64,000 nucleotides of DNA from Thermodesulfobacteriota bacterium (GCA_040755455.1 JBFMAY010000014.1:23428-87427), one strand, 5' to 3'. Counted from the stretch's first letter, positions 11,677 to 21,777 are shown. Numbers and translations are program-made. Notes: a model not told the origin generated them from the letters alone.

Positions 11677-12077
11677 TTACGCGGGGATCATTTCTTTTTT
11701 CTTTATTTCCGCCTTGCGGATAACGGCCAGGAACTTGTCGAGCTTGAAAGGCTTGGCCAGGAAATCAAATCCTCCTCTGTTGAAGGATTGTTTGGCAGTT
11801 TCCATGGTGGCAAAACCGGTAATAACGATGTGTTCCACTTTCTGGACCCCCAGGACATCAGCATTCATCACCTCGACAATTCGTCTGGCGATTGCGGTCG
11901 TATTTTCCTGCTTTTGGCATTAACCAGCCGTCCCATGAAGGTGCGCACCTTCCTTTCGAAGCTCCCAAAAGTCAAGGTGATGCCGCCGGGGTCTTCACCG
12001 GGAATGGTACCGATTTCGGCCTGAAAATTATAGCGGGAAAAGAGATTGTTGAGATTAAAGGTGCCGACTCGGACCAT
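11677..12077 (-). pseudogene. chimeric remnant: frameshifted endonuclease/exonuclease/phosphatase (EEP) 5' fragment joined to the C-terminal half of a receiver domain
   Basis: RBS + ATG 12077 gives MVRVGTFNLNNLFSRYNF. A frame change near 11910 continues ENTTAIARRIVEVMNADVLGVQKVEHI, then switches to IVITGFATMETAKQSF..GGFDFLAKPF. Confidence 0.65.
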
Positions 12078-12200
12078 GGGTAGCCTCCTGCTGGAAAGCT
12101 GGTGGATTACTTTTTTCAGTTGTGACGATTTTATCAATTCTGCAAGATTCTTCATAATCATCGCAGATTATCCGTGCTGTCAAGCCTGGTATGCATCCGC

Positions 12201-13073
12201 CTAGTCCGGCAGGCTGGTAATCCGGAAGCGTTGCAGATCCGCCATTCCATGCCACTGCGGCAACCGTGGGGTCGGTCCGTCAATCCGCACCAGCGGAGGC
12301 TCGCGATCCGCCAGTCCGTTGATCTTGGCCCACAAGGTGATGTCGCCCCAATATTGCGGAGGCGTGTCAGCGGCTGCCACGGCGGAGAAGATCTCGGCCG
12401 GGGTCGCGCAGCCTCCACGGATCGCCTGCAGGGCCAGGGACTCAAGCCGCCCCAATCCGCTGGCCGGATCGGGCTGTTCGCAAAGCCATCGTCTCACTGC
12501 GGCGGGAATCCAGGGCAGGGGCGCAGCAACGCTGCCTGACATTTCGGCCAGGAGTTGCAGGTCCTGGGTGGCAAAGGCCCGGTCCGCCACCACAGCGAAG
12601 CGAAACTGGTCATCGGTAACCGGACGCCGTTGGTCATACAGGGAAGCGAGTTGGGAGGGCTCAAGCTGGCCCAGTCCGTTGAACGGCGCGATGCCGGGAT
12701 AGGCGTCCACACAGAGAAGTTCAACTTGCCGGATACCCTGGTACAGCATACAGGCAAGAATGTGGACGAGCATGGACTGATCAAACAGGCAGGGGTCAAA
12801 CCACAGGACAATCCGTTCATATTCTGCGGCGGTGGCGATCCTGCGGTACTGGCTTATTAACGTGTTCAGCACATGATCCCTGTCCAGCCCTCCGCCGGTT
12901 GCCTGTTCAAGAAACCAGGCCCGGGCAATAAGGGTATCATCCGTTGGCCAGCCGGGATTCCGGGGGCCATCGTAGAGGATGTCGTGCCAGACAAAAACCT
13001 CTCCATTCAGGCCGGATTTGGCGAGATTACTGCCGGCGAGATCGCCGCTGGTGATATGGAGGGTGGTGGTCAT
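12201..13073 (-). CDS. DUF1835-domain protein
   Basis: LHITSGD.AG, WHDILYDGP, IVLWFDPCLFDQ pattern; C-terminal YWGDITLW. Confidence 0.7.
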   Translation of the reverse strand: MTTTLHITSGDLAGSNLAKSGLNGEVFVWHDILYDGPRNPGWPTDDTLIARAWFLEQATGGGLDRDHVLNTLISQYRRIATAAEYERIVLWFDPCLFDQSMLVHILACMLYQGIRQVELLCVDAYPGIAPFNGLGQLEPSQLASLYDQRRPVTDDQFRFAVVADRAFATQDLQLLAEMSGSVAAPLPWIPAAVRRWLCEQPDPASGLGRLESLALQAIRGGCATPAEIFSAVAAADTPPQYWGDITLWAKINGLADREPPLVRIDGPTPRLPQWHGMADLQRFRITSLPD

Positions 13074-13266
13074 GAATGTATTTTACCTTGCAGAGAGAGC
13101 TGATCATCATTTTGGCTTTATGGGCAGCAATTAACAAGGGGGCAGAACCATTTCCCTTGCTTTCTTTGATTGTTTTTCGATGCCCCCGTATTGTGGTTGA
13201 TTGATACGAAAAAAATGACCAAGTTGAGTCAACAGTTAACGTGACTCTATTTTGAACCCATTTCGC

Positions 13267-13464
13267 TCACATCTGTTTTAAATTGATTTCGTTATGGAAC
13301 TCGCCTTCCACCTCTTTCACGACCGCCTGGCCCGCGATGACATTTTTTCCGTCAAAGGTCAGGGTCGGATTGCCGTACAGCGTCCAGCCGTTGTTGAGCT
13401 TGGCGCATACTCTTTTGCAGAATGTTTCATCATCGGGTCCGGTAAGGTAGGAGTATAATTTCAT
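13267..13464 (-). CDS. DUF1737-domain small protein
   Basis: YSYLTGPDDETFCKRV...GWTLYGNPTLTF...GQAVVK; GAGG RBS. Confidence 0.8.
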   Translation of the reverse strand: MKLYSYLTGPDDETFCKRVCAKLNNGWTLYGNPTLTFDGKNVIAGQAVVKEVEGEFHNEINLKQM

Positions 13465-13809
13465 TGTTCACCTCTTGCGTAATTAAATATTCCTTCTGTT
13501 GTCGACAACTGCGCGGGTTCGAGCGCGGAAGTGGTCTGGCCCTGCCGGGCGGTAGTGTTTACGCCGACCGTCGTGGAGGGGGTTCACCTTCTGCCTCCTG
13601 CCGATTTCTGGCGGAGCAGGCAATATTCCGTTGTGCGGACTTGGCGGCCAGACCGGGATGCCTTTCGATTTCTGCTGAGGCTTGCTGGATTGAACGTCCG
13701 GCATGGGCGTCAAGTCACCTTGAAGCGCAACTGTAATAGGGGTATTCCTAGCATAACTGCCATGCCGCAGGCAAGGGTGTTGGCATATTTATTTTAAAAA
13801 AATGGGCGG

Positions 13810-14100
13810 TTATTGCACGCCGTCAATGGCCAGGATTTCGCCTTCGGCTGCACCTTCACGGAGTTTTCTGACCTGCTGGTATTCGGGCGAGTTATAGAAT
13901 TTCTTGGCCTGCTCCATGCTGGGAAATTCGATCAAGACAACTCGGCGTTTTTCCTCGGGACCTTCCAGGGTCACCGTTTCTCCGCCGCGGGCAATATGTC
14001 TGCCCCCGAATTTGGCAATGACGGCAGGGGTTGCCTGCAGGTAATGGGTGAATCTGTCCCAGTCGGTGACGTTCGCCCTCACTATAAGATATGCAGCCAT
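13810..14100 (-). CDS. DUF1330-domain protein
   Basis: FGGRHIARGG..TLEG, VLIEFPSMEQAKKFYNSPEYQ. Confidence 0.9.
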   Translation of the reverse strand: MAAYLIVRANVTDWDRFTHYLQATPAVIAKFGGRHIARGGETVTLEGPEEKRRVVLIEFPSMEQAKKFYNSPEYQQVRKLREGAAEGEILAIDGVQ

Positions 14101-14163
14101 ATCGGTAATTCTCCTTATTGCAGATAGCCAAAAAAATAAATTTCAAAGGGCGTGCGGCCGTGT

Positions 14164-14361
14164 TTAATACTTTTTGCCGGGGCCGTATTTTTTCATGCGC
14201 CGCCACAGGGTGGTGAGGGGGATGCCGAGAATCCCGCTGCTCTGTTTGCGGTTGTTGCCGGTGATATCAAGGACCCTGGTGATATGCTGTTTCTCCATCG
14301 TCTCAAGGGAGAGCAGGTCCTCGCCCTCGGAGGTGGTGAAGGCCAGTTTTCTAAGGTCAGC
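14164..14361 (-). pseudogene. orphan Fis-type HTH (C-terminal remnant of a sigma54-dependent activator)
   Basis: Frame not in the ORF track: ADLRKLAFTTSEGEDLLSLETMEKQHITRVLDITGNNRKQSSGILGIPLTTLWRRMKKYG*. In-frame stop just upstream; no AAA+ domain. Confidence 0.7.
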
Positions 14362-14589
14362 CGGCCACCTCTATTTTCCATGGTTTCTCCCCTGTCCGTG
14401 CAAAAATGTCGTAACGGTCAACTTGCAATATGCGTGATATACCATGGGGCGACCGGTTGCCAACAAGAAACTTTGTGTCGGGGAAATAAGAGATCGGGAA
14501 GGATGATCTGCGGGATTTACTGGCCAGGTGGGGCGCTGCGGCGGCGAGGCATCGCTGCCGGCTGGACGGCATTGCCAGGGCGCTGGCTG

Positions 14590-15024
14590 TTATTTGGCGA
14601 ATTGGTCAAGCAAATTGCCGTTGCCGAGAAACTGCAGGGTATTGATGTGCTCACCCTGGTCATTGTAAAGGGTCAAGGCATTGGTGCCGGCCAGGGAAAC
14701 CTTGCCGCATCTGGTGATATAGCTGTCATTTGCGACCGAGCGGAGAGCCCGGCGCAGACAGAGATTGTCGTTTTCATCAATATGCCATTTCTCTGTTGCG
14801 CGGATGCTGCCGGAGGGATAGAGAATGGTGTATCTGCCGTCCTTGGCAAAGTAAATATGGCTGTTTTGCTGGTTTTCGCCGCTGTCTGCCATAATGAAGG
14901 TTCTGTCGGAGAGAATCTTGGTCAGTTCAGCGGCGGGAAGATACTGTCCCTGGGCGGAAGCGAAGGGAACCTGTGGCAGAAAGGGAACGAACAGCAGAAA
15001 AAGAAACAGGATGGTTTGGTGCAT
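14590..15024 (-). CDS. exported hypothetical protein (DUF995-like)
   Basis: Hydrophobic signal peptide ending ASA; LPAAELTKILSDRT...YFAKDG...KWHIDENDNLC with two Cys. Confidence 0.55.
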   Translation of the reverse strand: MHQTILFLFLLFVPFLPQVPFASAQGQYLPAAELTKILSDRTFIMADSGENQQNSHIYFAKDGRYTILYPSGSIRATEKWHIDENDNLCLRRALRSVANDSYITRCGKVSLAGTNALTLYNDQGEHINTLQFLGNGNLLDQFAK

Positions 15025-15170
15025 AATGACTCCCCGTGCAAGATGCGTTGCCGGTATGAAAAAAGGTCAAAGGCGGGCTATTCCCTTACCTGTCAGGATA
15101 AACCCGCCCTTGCACGGGTGTCAAGAGAGAATGACGTGAGAGCAGGGTGGGATTATCCTGCCCGGTGCTG

Positions 15171-15614
15171 TCAGGCGTGCATGGCCTTGCGCCAGCCAGC
15201 CTCTTTGAGGCGGTTGATCCTGTTGATGGCCCAGGCGTTGATTTCCCGCAGATATCTTGTGCTGTCCTCGTCTTTCCTGGCAATGATGCGTTCCCTCTCC
15301 CCGGCGATATCCTCTGACTCGCCGGGATACATTTCCCGCCAGGTGGCATAGCCCTGGTCAAAAATAAATTCCGGACTGATCTCCGCCGCTGACAGGGAAA
15401 GTTTGGTCAGGCCATACATCCTGGCCAGGGTCATGTCGTATTCAATAATCCAGCCGTTATCCCGGAGCATGGTTTCGCCGTTGATGGGGGCGTTGGCCGA
15501 GCAAGCCGGGCAGAAAAGCCGGTCCAGCACGTTGGGGCTCATGATGTTGTCACGCAGGTGAAACTGCACCTGTCTGCTGCCGCATTCACATTTTTTTTTG
15601 ACTTCAATACACAT
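15171..15614 (-). CDS. hypothetical protein with CxC...CxxC putative metal-binding motif
   Basis: Start at ATG 15614 after GGAGG; CECG and FCPAC motifs. Confidence 0.7.
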   Translation of the reverse strand: MCIEVKKKCECGSRQVQFHLRDNIMSPNVLDRLFCPACSANAPINGETMLRDNGWIIEYDMTLARMYGLTKLSLSAAEISPEFIFDQGYATWREMYPGESEDIAGERERIIARKDEDSTRYLREINAWAINRINRLKEAGWRKAMHA

Positions 15615-15698
15615 GCTATCCTCCACTATGAATGGTTTGATGATTTTTTGCAAACAATAGCATGCGGGGAGAAAATAGTAAATAAATAATAACTATTA

Positions 15699-18600
15699 TC
15701 AAAAACCATCCAGGAGCTGCAGGAGATCTTCGGCCCGCAGCTTGTTGCTCAGGTCGCTGCCTTCAAGGAGACTGTCAGCAAGTTCGCGCTTGTCCTGATG
15801 CAGCCGGAGAATTTTTTCCTCGATGGTGTTTCTGGTGACCAGCCGGTAGACCGTGACCGGGCGGGTCTGGCCGATGCGGTGGGCCCGGTCCGAGGCCTGG
15901 TCCTCCACCGCCGGGTTCCACCAGGGATCCATGTGGATGACGAAATCGGCGGCGGTGAGATTCAGACCCAGCCCGCCTGCCTTGAGGCTGATGAGGAAGA
16001 GATCGCCGTCTCCTGCCTGGAACTCGGCCACCTGTTCCTGGCGTTTGAGCGCCGGGGTGGTGCCGTCCAGGTATTTATAGGTGATGTTGCGTTCGTCGAG
16101 AAAGGCGCGGATAATGTGAAGGTGCCGGGCAAACTGGCTGAAAACCAAGGCCTTGTGCCGGTTTTCAATAAGATCCATGATGATGGTGCCGAAAAGCTCG
16201 AGTTTGGAGCTTTGGATAGCCGTATCCGGCTGGACCAGCCTGGGATTGCAGCATGCCTGCCGCAGCCGCATGATCTCGGCCAGAATCTGCATATGCCGGT
16301 GGGACGGCGAGGCATCGGTGTGTTCGATTTTCTCCAGGGCGCGGATGCGCAGTGCTTCATAGAAGGCGGTCTCCTCAGGGCTCATATCGACCTGGAGAAC
16401 GACCTCGGTCCGCGGCGGCAGTTCCTCCAGGACCTGGCTTTTCAAGCGCCGGAGAATGAAGGGCTGGATCAGTTTTTTTAATTTTTTGCGGGCGTTCTTG
16501 TCCTTGTCTTTTTCAATGGCCATGGCATAGCGCTGATTGAACTGCTCCAGGGAACCGAGCAGGCCCGGGTTGATGAAGTTGAAAAGGTTCCACAGTTCTC
16601 CCAGGTGGTTTTCGATGGGGGTGCCGGTGGTGATCATCTTGAAATTGCCGTCGAGTTCCATGGCGGCCCTGGAGCGCTTGGTGGCGATGTTTTTGATGGC
16701 TTGGGCCTCGTCGAGCACGATGACTCGCCATTTTTTCCCTGAAAGGAGTTTGTCCTCCTGTTGCAGCAGGCCGTAACTGCAGATCAGCACGTCAAAAGGG
16801 CCAAGGCCGTCCACCAGCTGTTCCCGTTCCTTGCCGCCGAAGATCAAAGTGTGCAGGGTGGGCGCAAAACGGCGGACTTCCTCCTGCCAGTTCATGCAGA
16901 CTGAGGTGGGGGCCACCACCAGCGAAGGGCCGTGCGGAGCCTCCTGCAGAATGATGCCCAGGGTCTGTACGGTTTTTCCCAGACCCATATCGTCGGCCAG
17001 ACAGGCGCCGACACCCCAGTGTTTGAGCCGGGCCAGCCATTTGAATCCCTCAATCTGGTACTCGCGCAGTTCGGCCTGCAGGGTTGTCGGCACCTCGCTC
17101 TGAAAGGCGCGTGATTCCCGGATGCGCTGCAGCTGCTCCTGCCACTGCTGGTCGGCGGTCACCTGGATGCCGCTTTCCGTGAAACCTTCCAGGGTGCAGC
17201 ATGCCAGGGGATGCATGCGCCTCAGCTGCCCGTGGGCTTCGCTAAAGGAGGTCAATTCATCCAGCTGTTTCCGGAATTCCCGGGACAGGGCGAGGAACTC
17301 ACCTTTGCCCAGGGGGATGAATCGGCCGGAATTTGCCTGGATCAGTTCCAGCAACGTTTTCATCTCCATCACCTTGTCTTGGTCGATGGCGAGTTGTCCG
17401 TCCAGTTCAAACCAGTTCTGTTTCCGTCTGATATGCAACTGGAAATCCTGGAAGGAGGCATGGTGGCGGATGGCAAGTTTTTCCCCTTCAGGCCATTCAA
17501 TGATGACGTCATCCCCCAGGTTCTGGATTTCCGCAAGCACCTCCAGGCAATCCTGCAGATCCTCGATGAACCACTCGCCGTCCATCCCGCTCAGTCTGGC
17601 CAGGGTGGGGCATCGTTCCTCGATCTGCGCGCAGTTTTCTCTTTCCTTGTCAAGGTTGCGGCAGGTTTGCAGGCGTTTGCCGTGAATCTCGGCAATGACG
17701 TTCACCGCCCCCTCGCCGGGATAGAGATAAGGTCCGCCGACGGCAAAAGGCTTCACCAGCATGGAGACCCGGAAGCCGGTGCCCACCGGCAGCAGCTGCA
17801 TGATGATCTTGTCCGCGGCCCGCACCTCTTCGATCTCTCTTGAGGTGGCGCCGATATCGGAGTGTATGGTCAGGCAGGATGAAAGATTGCCCAGGGTTTC
17901 CAGGACCTGTTTTTTGGCGCCTTCCGGAATGCGGAGACCGTCGTCGCCGATGATTGCCGCAATTTTGCGGTGTTTTTCCGAGATCTCGATAATCCTGAAG
18001 CGGGTGGGGGTCTCCCGCACCGCCATCACCTTTTCATCGCCGATGGGTGATGAGAATTCCAGCAGCACCTTGTCCGCTGTTTGGGTGGCATGCAGTTCCG
18101 GTTCACCCCTGGTGAATTCCACCGGCACGGAGGGATGCGCGCTGGAAAAGAGCAGGGGATGGCCGACCAGGGCGGACAGGGTTTCATCCATGTCAAATTC
18201 AAAGGAGGTTTCATGGCTGAACTCCTTTTTGCGCAATGACGCCCTGATTCTCTGGTCCTGCTCGGTGAGGAAGGGGAGATTTTCGCCGGCGTGCAAACGT
18301 TTCAGTGCCACGGAGCGTCCCTGGCTCCATTTGCCGCTGGCGGTGAGTTTTTGTTCCCTGGGGTGAATGGTGACAAAGCCGTCCTTGAAGTCCACCAGCC
18401 AGACCATTCTGTACTGGGGCGGACCAGCATCCTCATCTTCCAGGCTGACGATATTCAGGGCCTTTAAGGCGCGTTGCCAGGCTTTTTCATGGGGAAGCAC
18501 GGCGAGGAGCGAGGTGATGGCCGCTTTGCGGCAGACCGCGACGCTGAAATCCTGATAGGACTCGATTTCAGTGGCCTGATAGAGCAGGGCCGCATATTCC

Positions 18601-19844
18601 ATGGCCAGCCAGTCGTAGCCGTTTTCCCTGGCCCGGGTGTAAAATTCATGCAGTTCATCCCGCTGGCCTGCTTCCAGCGTGCCGTTGAGCCAGAAGCTGC
18701 CAAGCCCCATGAACAGGGCCGTCACCGCGTCTTTCCCCCCCTGCTGCCATATCTGCGAAGTGAAATCCGGCTTGAAGTTTTCCAGTTTGGCCTTGGTCAC
18801 CTGCTGGAGAATCCTGTAGGCCGGGAGCAGGGGATTATTGCTCTGCTCCGTTTCCACCGTGGCGATAAAGGAGGAGATGACCGGATACTTCCGGTAGTCG
18901 CCTGATTTCAGCAGGGCCAGGATAAAGATGAGTCCTTCCATGCCGATGAAAAAAACGTTTTTTGCCTCTTTCTTTATGCGCAGCTCGATCAGATCTTCCT
19001 GGAAGCTGGCAATGGCTGCCGGGTTGTTGCCGAGCAGGAATTCCAGCCAGCCACGCAGGCCGAAGGAGTCAATGTGGTTGCCGGCCTCGGCAATTTTCAG
19101 GCGGGCCGCATCCATATCGGCCCGTAGCAGCTGGTTGAGAATAATCAGATAATAGATGGAGGGCCAGCCCTGCCGCGGAATCACCTTCAGGGTGTTTTCA
19201 TCGGTGAGATAAGCAAGAGGCAGGTCGAAGGATTCAAGGTCGAGGAGGCTTTTTCGGCTTATTTCATGGAGGCTGTGGAGCTGCAGGTGGGGCGGCAGGG
19301 TGCTGAACCACCGGGCCTCAAACGGGTTGTTGACGATTTCCACCAGCGGGGAGTGCAGTTCCGAGGTGTCCGGGCAGTCATAATAGCGCAGGAGATGTTC
19401 GTTGAAATGATCGAACTTGCCCAGGTACAGACCGATGCGCATTTCCCGTAAATGGCGCAGGCTTTTCTGCAGCAGGGTATCGTAGGCCTGCCCATTGGCG
19501 GGAAGATGTTTGCCGACGATGCGGGCCATGCGGGCAAAGTTGCCGGCGGTCAGGGCTTTCCTGCTGATGATTTCCACCATGAGGGGGTGGCACTGGCAGC
19601 GCCAGGTCACGAGATCTTGTTCCTGCAGTTTGCGCAGCATAGCGGATTGCGGCCGCGCCGCGCCGGGCAGGTTTGCATCATCGTGCCGGCCGGTAAATTC
19701 CTGGAAGCAGCTGATGATGGCGGCAGCGCCGGCGGGCTCGAAAATGATCGAGATGAGCTGGAGCAGTTCCTGCTCTTCCCTGGCCAGGGCTTCATACTGG
19801 GAGAGAAGATGCGTAATTTTCCGGGTGGATGAAAATTTTGCCAT
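15699..19844 (-). CDS. SNF2-family DEAD/DEAH-box ATPase/helicase with long N-terminal extension
   Basis: LADDMGLGKT, LDEAQ, TGTPIEN, LISLKAGGLGLNLT, WWNPAVEDQASDRAHRIGQ. Confidence 0.93.
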   Translation of the reverse strand: MAKFSSTRKITHLLSQYEALAREEQELLQLISIIFEPAGAAAIISCFQEFTGRHDDANLPGAARPQSAMLRKLQEQDLVTWRCQCHPLMVEIISRKALTAGNFARMARIVGKHLPANGQAYDTLLQKSLRHLREMRIGLYLGKFDHFNEHLLRYYDCPDTSELHSPLVEIVNNPFEARWFSTLPPHLQLHSLHEISRKSLLDLESFDLPLAYLTDENTLKVIPRQGWPSIYYLIILNQLLRADMDAARLKIAEAGNHIDSFGLRGWLEFLLGNNPAAIASFQEDLIELRIKKEAKNVFFIGMEGLIFILALLKSGDYRKYPVISSFIATVETEQSNNPLLPAYRILQQVTKAKLENFKPDFTSQIWQQGGKDAVTALFMGLGSFWLNGTLEAGQRDELHEFYTRARENGYDWLAMEYAALLYQATEIESYQDFSVAVCRKAAITSLLAVLPHEKAWQRALKALNIVSLEDEDAGPPQYRMVWLVDFKDGFVTIHPREQKLTASGKWSQGRSVALKRLHAGENLPFLTEQDQRIRASLRKKEFSHETSFEFDMDETLSALVGHPLLFSSAHPSVPVEFTRGEPELHATQTADKVLLEFSSPIGDEKVMAVRETPTRFRIIEISEKHRKIAAIIGDDGLRIPEGAKKQVLETLGNLSSCLTIHSDIGATSREIEEVRAADKIIMQLLPVGTGFRVSMLVKPFAVGGPYLYPGEGAVNVIAEIHGKRLQTCRNLDKERENCAQIEERCPTLARLSGMDGEWFIEDLQDCLEVLAEIQNLGDDVIIEWPEGEKLAIRHHASFQDFQLHIRRKQNWFELDGQLAIDQDKVMEMKTLLELIQANSGRFIPLGKGEFLALSREFRKQLDELTSFSEAHGQLRRMHPLACCTLEGFTESGIQVTADQQWQEQLQRIRESRAFQSEVPTTLQAELREYQIEGFKWLARLKHWGVGACLADDMGLGKTVQTLGIILQEAPHGPSLVVAPTSVCMNWQEEVRRFAPTLHTLIFGGKEREQLVDGLGPFDVLICSYGLLQQEDKLLSGKKWRVIVLDEAQAIKNIATKRSRAAMELDGNFKMITTGTPIENHLGELWNLFNFINPGLLGSLEQFNQRYAMAIEKDKDKNARKKLKKLIQPFILRRLKSQVLEELPPRTEVVLQVDMSPEETAFYEALRIRALEKIEHTDASPSHRHMQILAEIMRLRQACCNPRLVQPDTAIQSSKLELFGTIIMDLIENRHKALVFSQFARHLHIIRAFLDERNITYKYLDGTTPALKRQEQVAEFQAGDGDLFLISLKAGGLGLNLTAADFVIHMDPWWNPAVEDQASDRAHRIGQTRPVTVYRLVTRNTIEEKILRLHQDKRELADSLLEGSDLSNKLRAEDLLQLLDGF

Positions 19845-20038
19845 TTTGGTAGTATACCATAAAATTGCGGTCTGACTTGTTCATTTTTAGCAGCCAGCAT
19901 GGGGGAAACCAAAAAAACGAGCGCGTCGCCGCCCGCGGCATGGGCCGGCAGGCAGCAAGGGCCGCCGGTTTTGTCCTGCTATGATGATATGTGTGTTTTT
20001 TACTGGACAAAGTTTCTTTTTTTCAGTTTGTTCATCAC

Positions 20039-20788
20039 ATGAAAATACATTTTTTGGGGGTTGGCGAGGCCTGCGATGCACGCTGTCCCAATACATCGCT
20101 GCTTGTTACGGTAGGAAACGGCCGGCGTTTTCTGCTTGACTGCGGCTTTACCGTCCCGCATCTCTATTTTGCCGTAAGCCTCGACCCGGACGAGCTGGAT
20201 GCGCTGTGGATTTCCCACTTTCATGGCGATCATTTTTTCGGTGTGCCGCTGCTGCTGCTCAGGTTCTGGGAAATGGGCCGCCGGAAAAAGCTGGTTATTG
20301 CCGGGCCCCGGGGAGTACGGGAAAAAATTGCGGCGGCCATGGAGCTTGCCTACCCGGACTTCATGGCCCGGCTCATGTATCACCTTGAATTTGTCGAAAT
20401 TGAACCGGGAGACGGCCGGGACATTGCCGGCACAGGCTGGCGCACGGCGGAAAATGTCCATTCCGAGCGTTGCCTGGCCTTGTGTATCGATGACGGCGGC
20501 CACCGCATCTTTTACAGCGGGGATGGCCGGCCGACCAGGGAGACGGCGGCTCTGGCCCGGGGCTGCGACCTGATCGTGCATGAGGCCTTCCGGCTGGGCG
20601 AGGAAGTGGACAACCACGGCAGTGTCAGGGGCTGCCTTGAATTCGCCGGCAGGGCCGGGGTGAGGCACCTTGCCCTGGTGCATGTGCAGCGCACCTGCCG
20701 GGAGACCGCCCAACAAACGGTCGCCGGGCTGGTTCGTGACGGTCTGCATGTTTTTCTGCCGGAACCGGGGGAGCTGTTTTGTTTATAA
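20039..20788 (+). CDS. metallo-beta-lactamase-fold hydrolase, ribonuclease Z-like
   Basis: FLGVGEA, LLDCG, SHFHGDH (HxHxDH), YSGD, HEA. Start at ATG 20039. Confidence 0.85.
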   Translation: MKIHFLGVGEACDARCPNTSLLVTVGNGRRFLLDCGFTVPHLYFAVSLDPDELDALWISHFHGDHFFGVPLLLLRFWEMGRRKKLVIAGPRGVREKIAAAMELAYPDFMARLMYHLEFVEIEPGDGRDIAGTGWRTAENVHSERCLALCIDDGGHRIFYSGDGRPTRETAALARGCDLIVHEAFRLGEEVDNHGSVRGCLEFAGRAGVRHLALVHVQRTCRETAQQTVAGLVRDGLHVFLPEPGELFCL

Positions 20789-21019
20789 GGATCTCTGACG
20801 GGCGGCAAGATCCCCGGCCATTGGCCTGGAGGTTCCGGCATCATGGTTTTTTTTCATCTTGAAAAATAGCCCGTGCACGGCTTGACTCAACACCAACAGT
20901 TGCTATATTAATGAGTGCAGCATAATAAGTTGAATTGATAAAAAAATGTCGGGCGCAGCGAAAGCATCATTTGCCCGACCAGGATTTGCAAGTTCTTGTC
21001 ACATTAGGGAGGATGATAA

Positions 21020-21736
21020 ATGTACGAAAATGGTTTTAATAGAACGGTTACCGTTTCCCAGGCCGAAACCCAGGCCTCAACGATTTTCCTGGCCAAGGTT
21101 TTCAACTGGATGGCCATGGGGCTGGGACTCACCGGGCTGATGGCCTTTCTGGTGGCCAACTCGGAAACAGCGATGCAGATTTTTATCTTTAACCCCATGA
21201 TGCGCTGGGGGCTCATTTTTGCCGAGCTGGGGCTGGTTTTTTATCTGTCCGCCAGGGTGATGCGTCTTTCCCCCCAGGCGGCAACCGCCCTCTTTCTCAT
21301 CTACTCGGCCTTAAACGGCATCACCCTGTCCGTGATCCTGCATGTGTATACCGCCACCTCCGTGGCCGCCACCTTCTTTATCACCGCCGGCATGTTCGGC
21401 GCCATGGCCATTTACGGCCTGGTAACCAAGAAGGACCTGAGCGGCCTGGGCTCCTTCATGTTCATGGGGCTGATCGGCATGATCATTGCCTCGGTGGTCA
21501 ATATCTTCCTGCAGAGCTCCATGATGGCCTGGATCGTCTCCGGCCTTGGCGTGATTATCTTCACCGGGCTCACCGCCTATGATGTGCAGAAGATTACCCA
21601 GATCGGCGCATCCGGCATCATGCGGGAGGGCGAAGCCGCCATCCGCAAGGGGGCGATCATGGGCGCCCTGGCCCTGTATCTTGATTTCATCAACCTGTTC
21701 CTGAGCCTGCTGCATTTCCTCGGCAACCGGGAATAG
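21020..21736 (+). CDS. Bax inhibitor-1/YccA family membrane protein
   Basis: About 7 transmembrane helices, TKKDLS, LTAYDVQKI, ALALYLDFINLFL. Confidence 0.93.
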   Translation: MYENGFNRTVTVSQAETQASTIFLAKVFNWMAMGLGLTGLMAFLVANSETAMQIFIFNPMMRWGLIFAELGLVFYLSARVMRLSPQAATALFLIYSALNGITLSVILHVYTATSVAATFFITAGMFGAMAIYGLVTKKDLSGLGSFMFMGLIGMIIASVVNIFLQSSMMAWIVSGLGVIIFTGLTAYDVQKITQIGASGIMREGEAAIRKGAIMGALALYLDFINLFLSLLHFLGNRE

Positions 21737-21746
21737 TTCCTTGCCG

Positions 21747-21768
21747 CCCCGTGGTTTTTACCACGGGG
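21747..21768. terminator. GC-rich hairpin after the BI-1 gene (possible terminator)
   Basis: CCCCGTGGT-TTTT-ACCACGGGG; no clear U-tract on the + strand. Confidence 0.4.
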
Positions 21769-21777
21769 AAATTCATT

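Noticed and set aside
13470..13790. GC-rich spacer upstream of the DUF1737 gene as a possible riboswitch or ncRNA
   Set aside because: I could not match the conserved core of any riboswitch class I know; an Rfam/Infernal scan would be needed.
14152..15351. 399-aa plus-strand ORF
   Set aside because: Shadow frame antisense to three better-supported minus-strand elements (HTH remnant, exported protein, Cys protein); no recognisable motifs.
21020..21736. BI-1/YccA gene as part of the adjacent cell-death-like cassette
   Set aside because: It is a widespread housekeeping membrane protein, separated from the cassette by hairpins and 277 bp; adjacency alone is not evidence.
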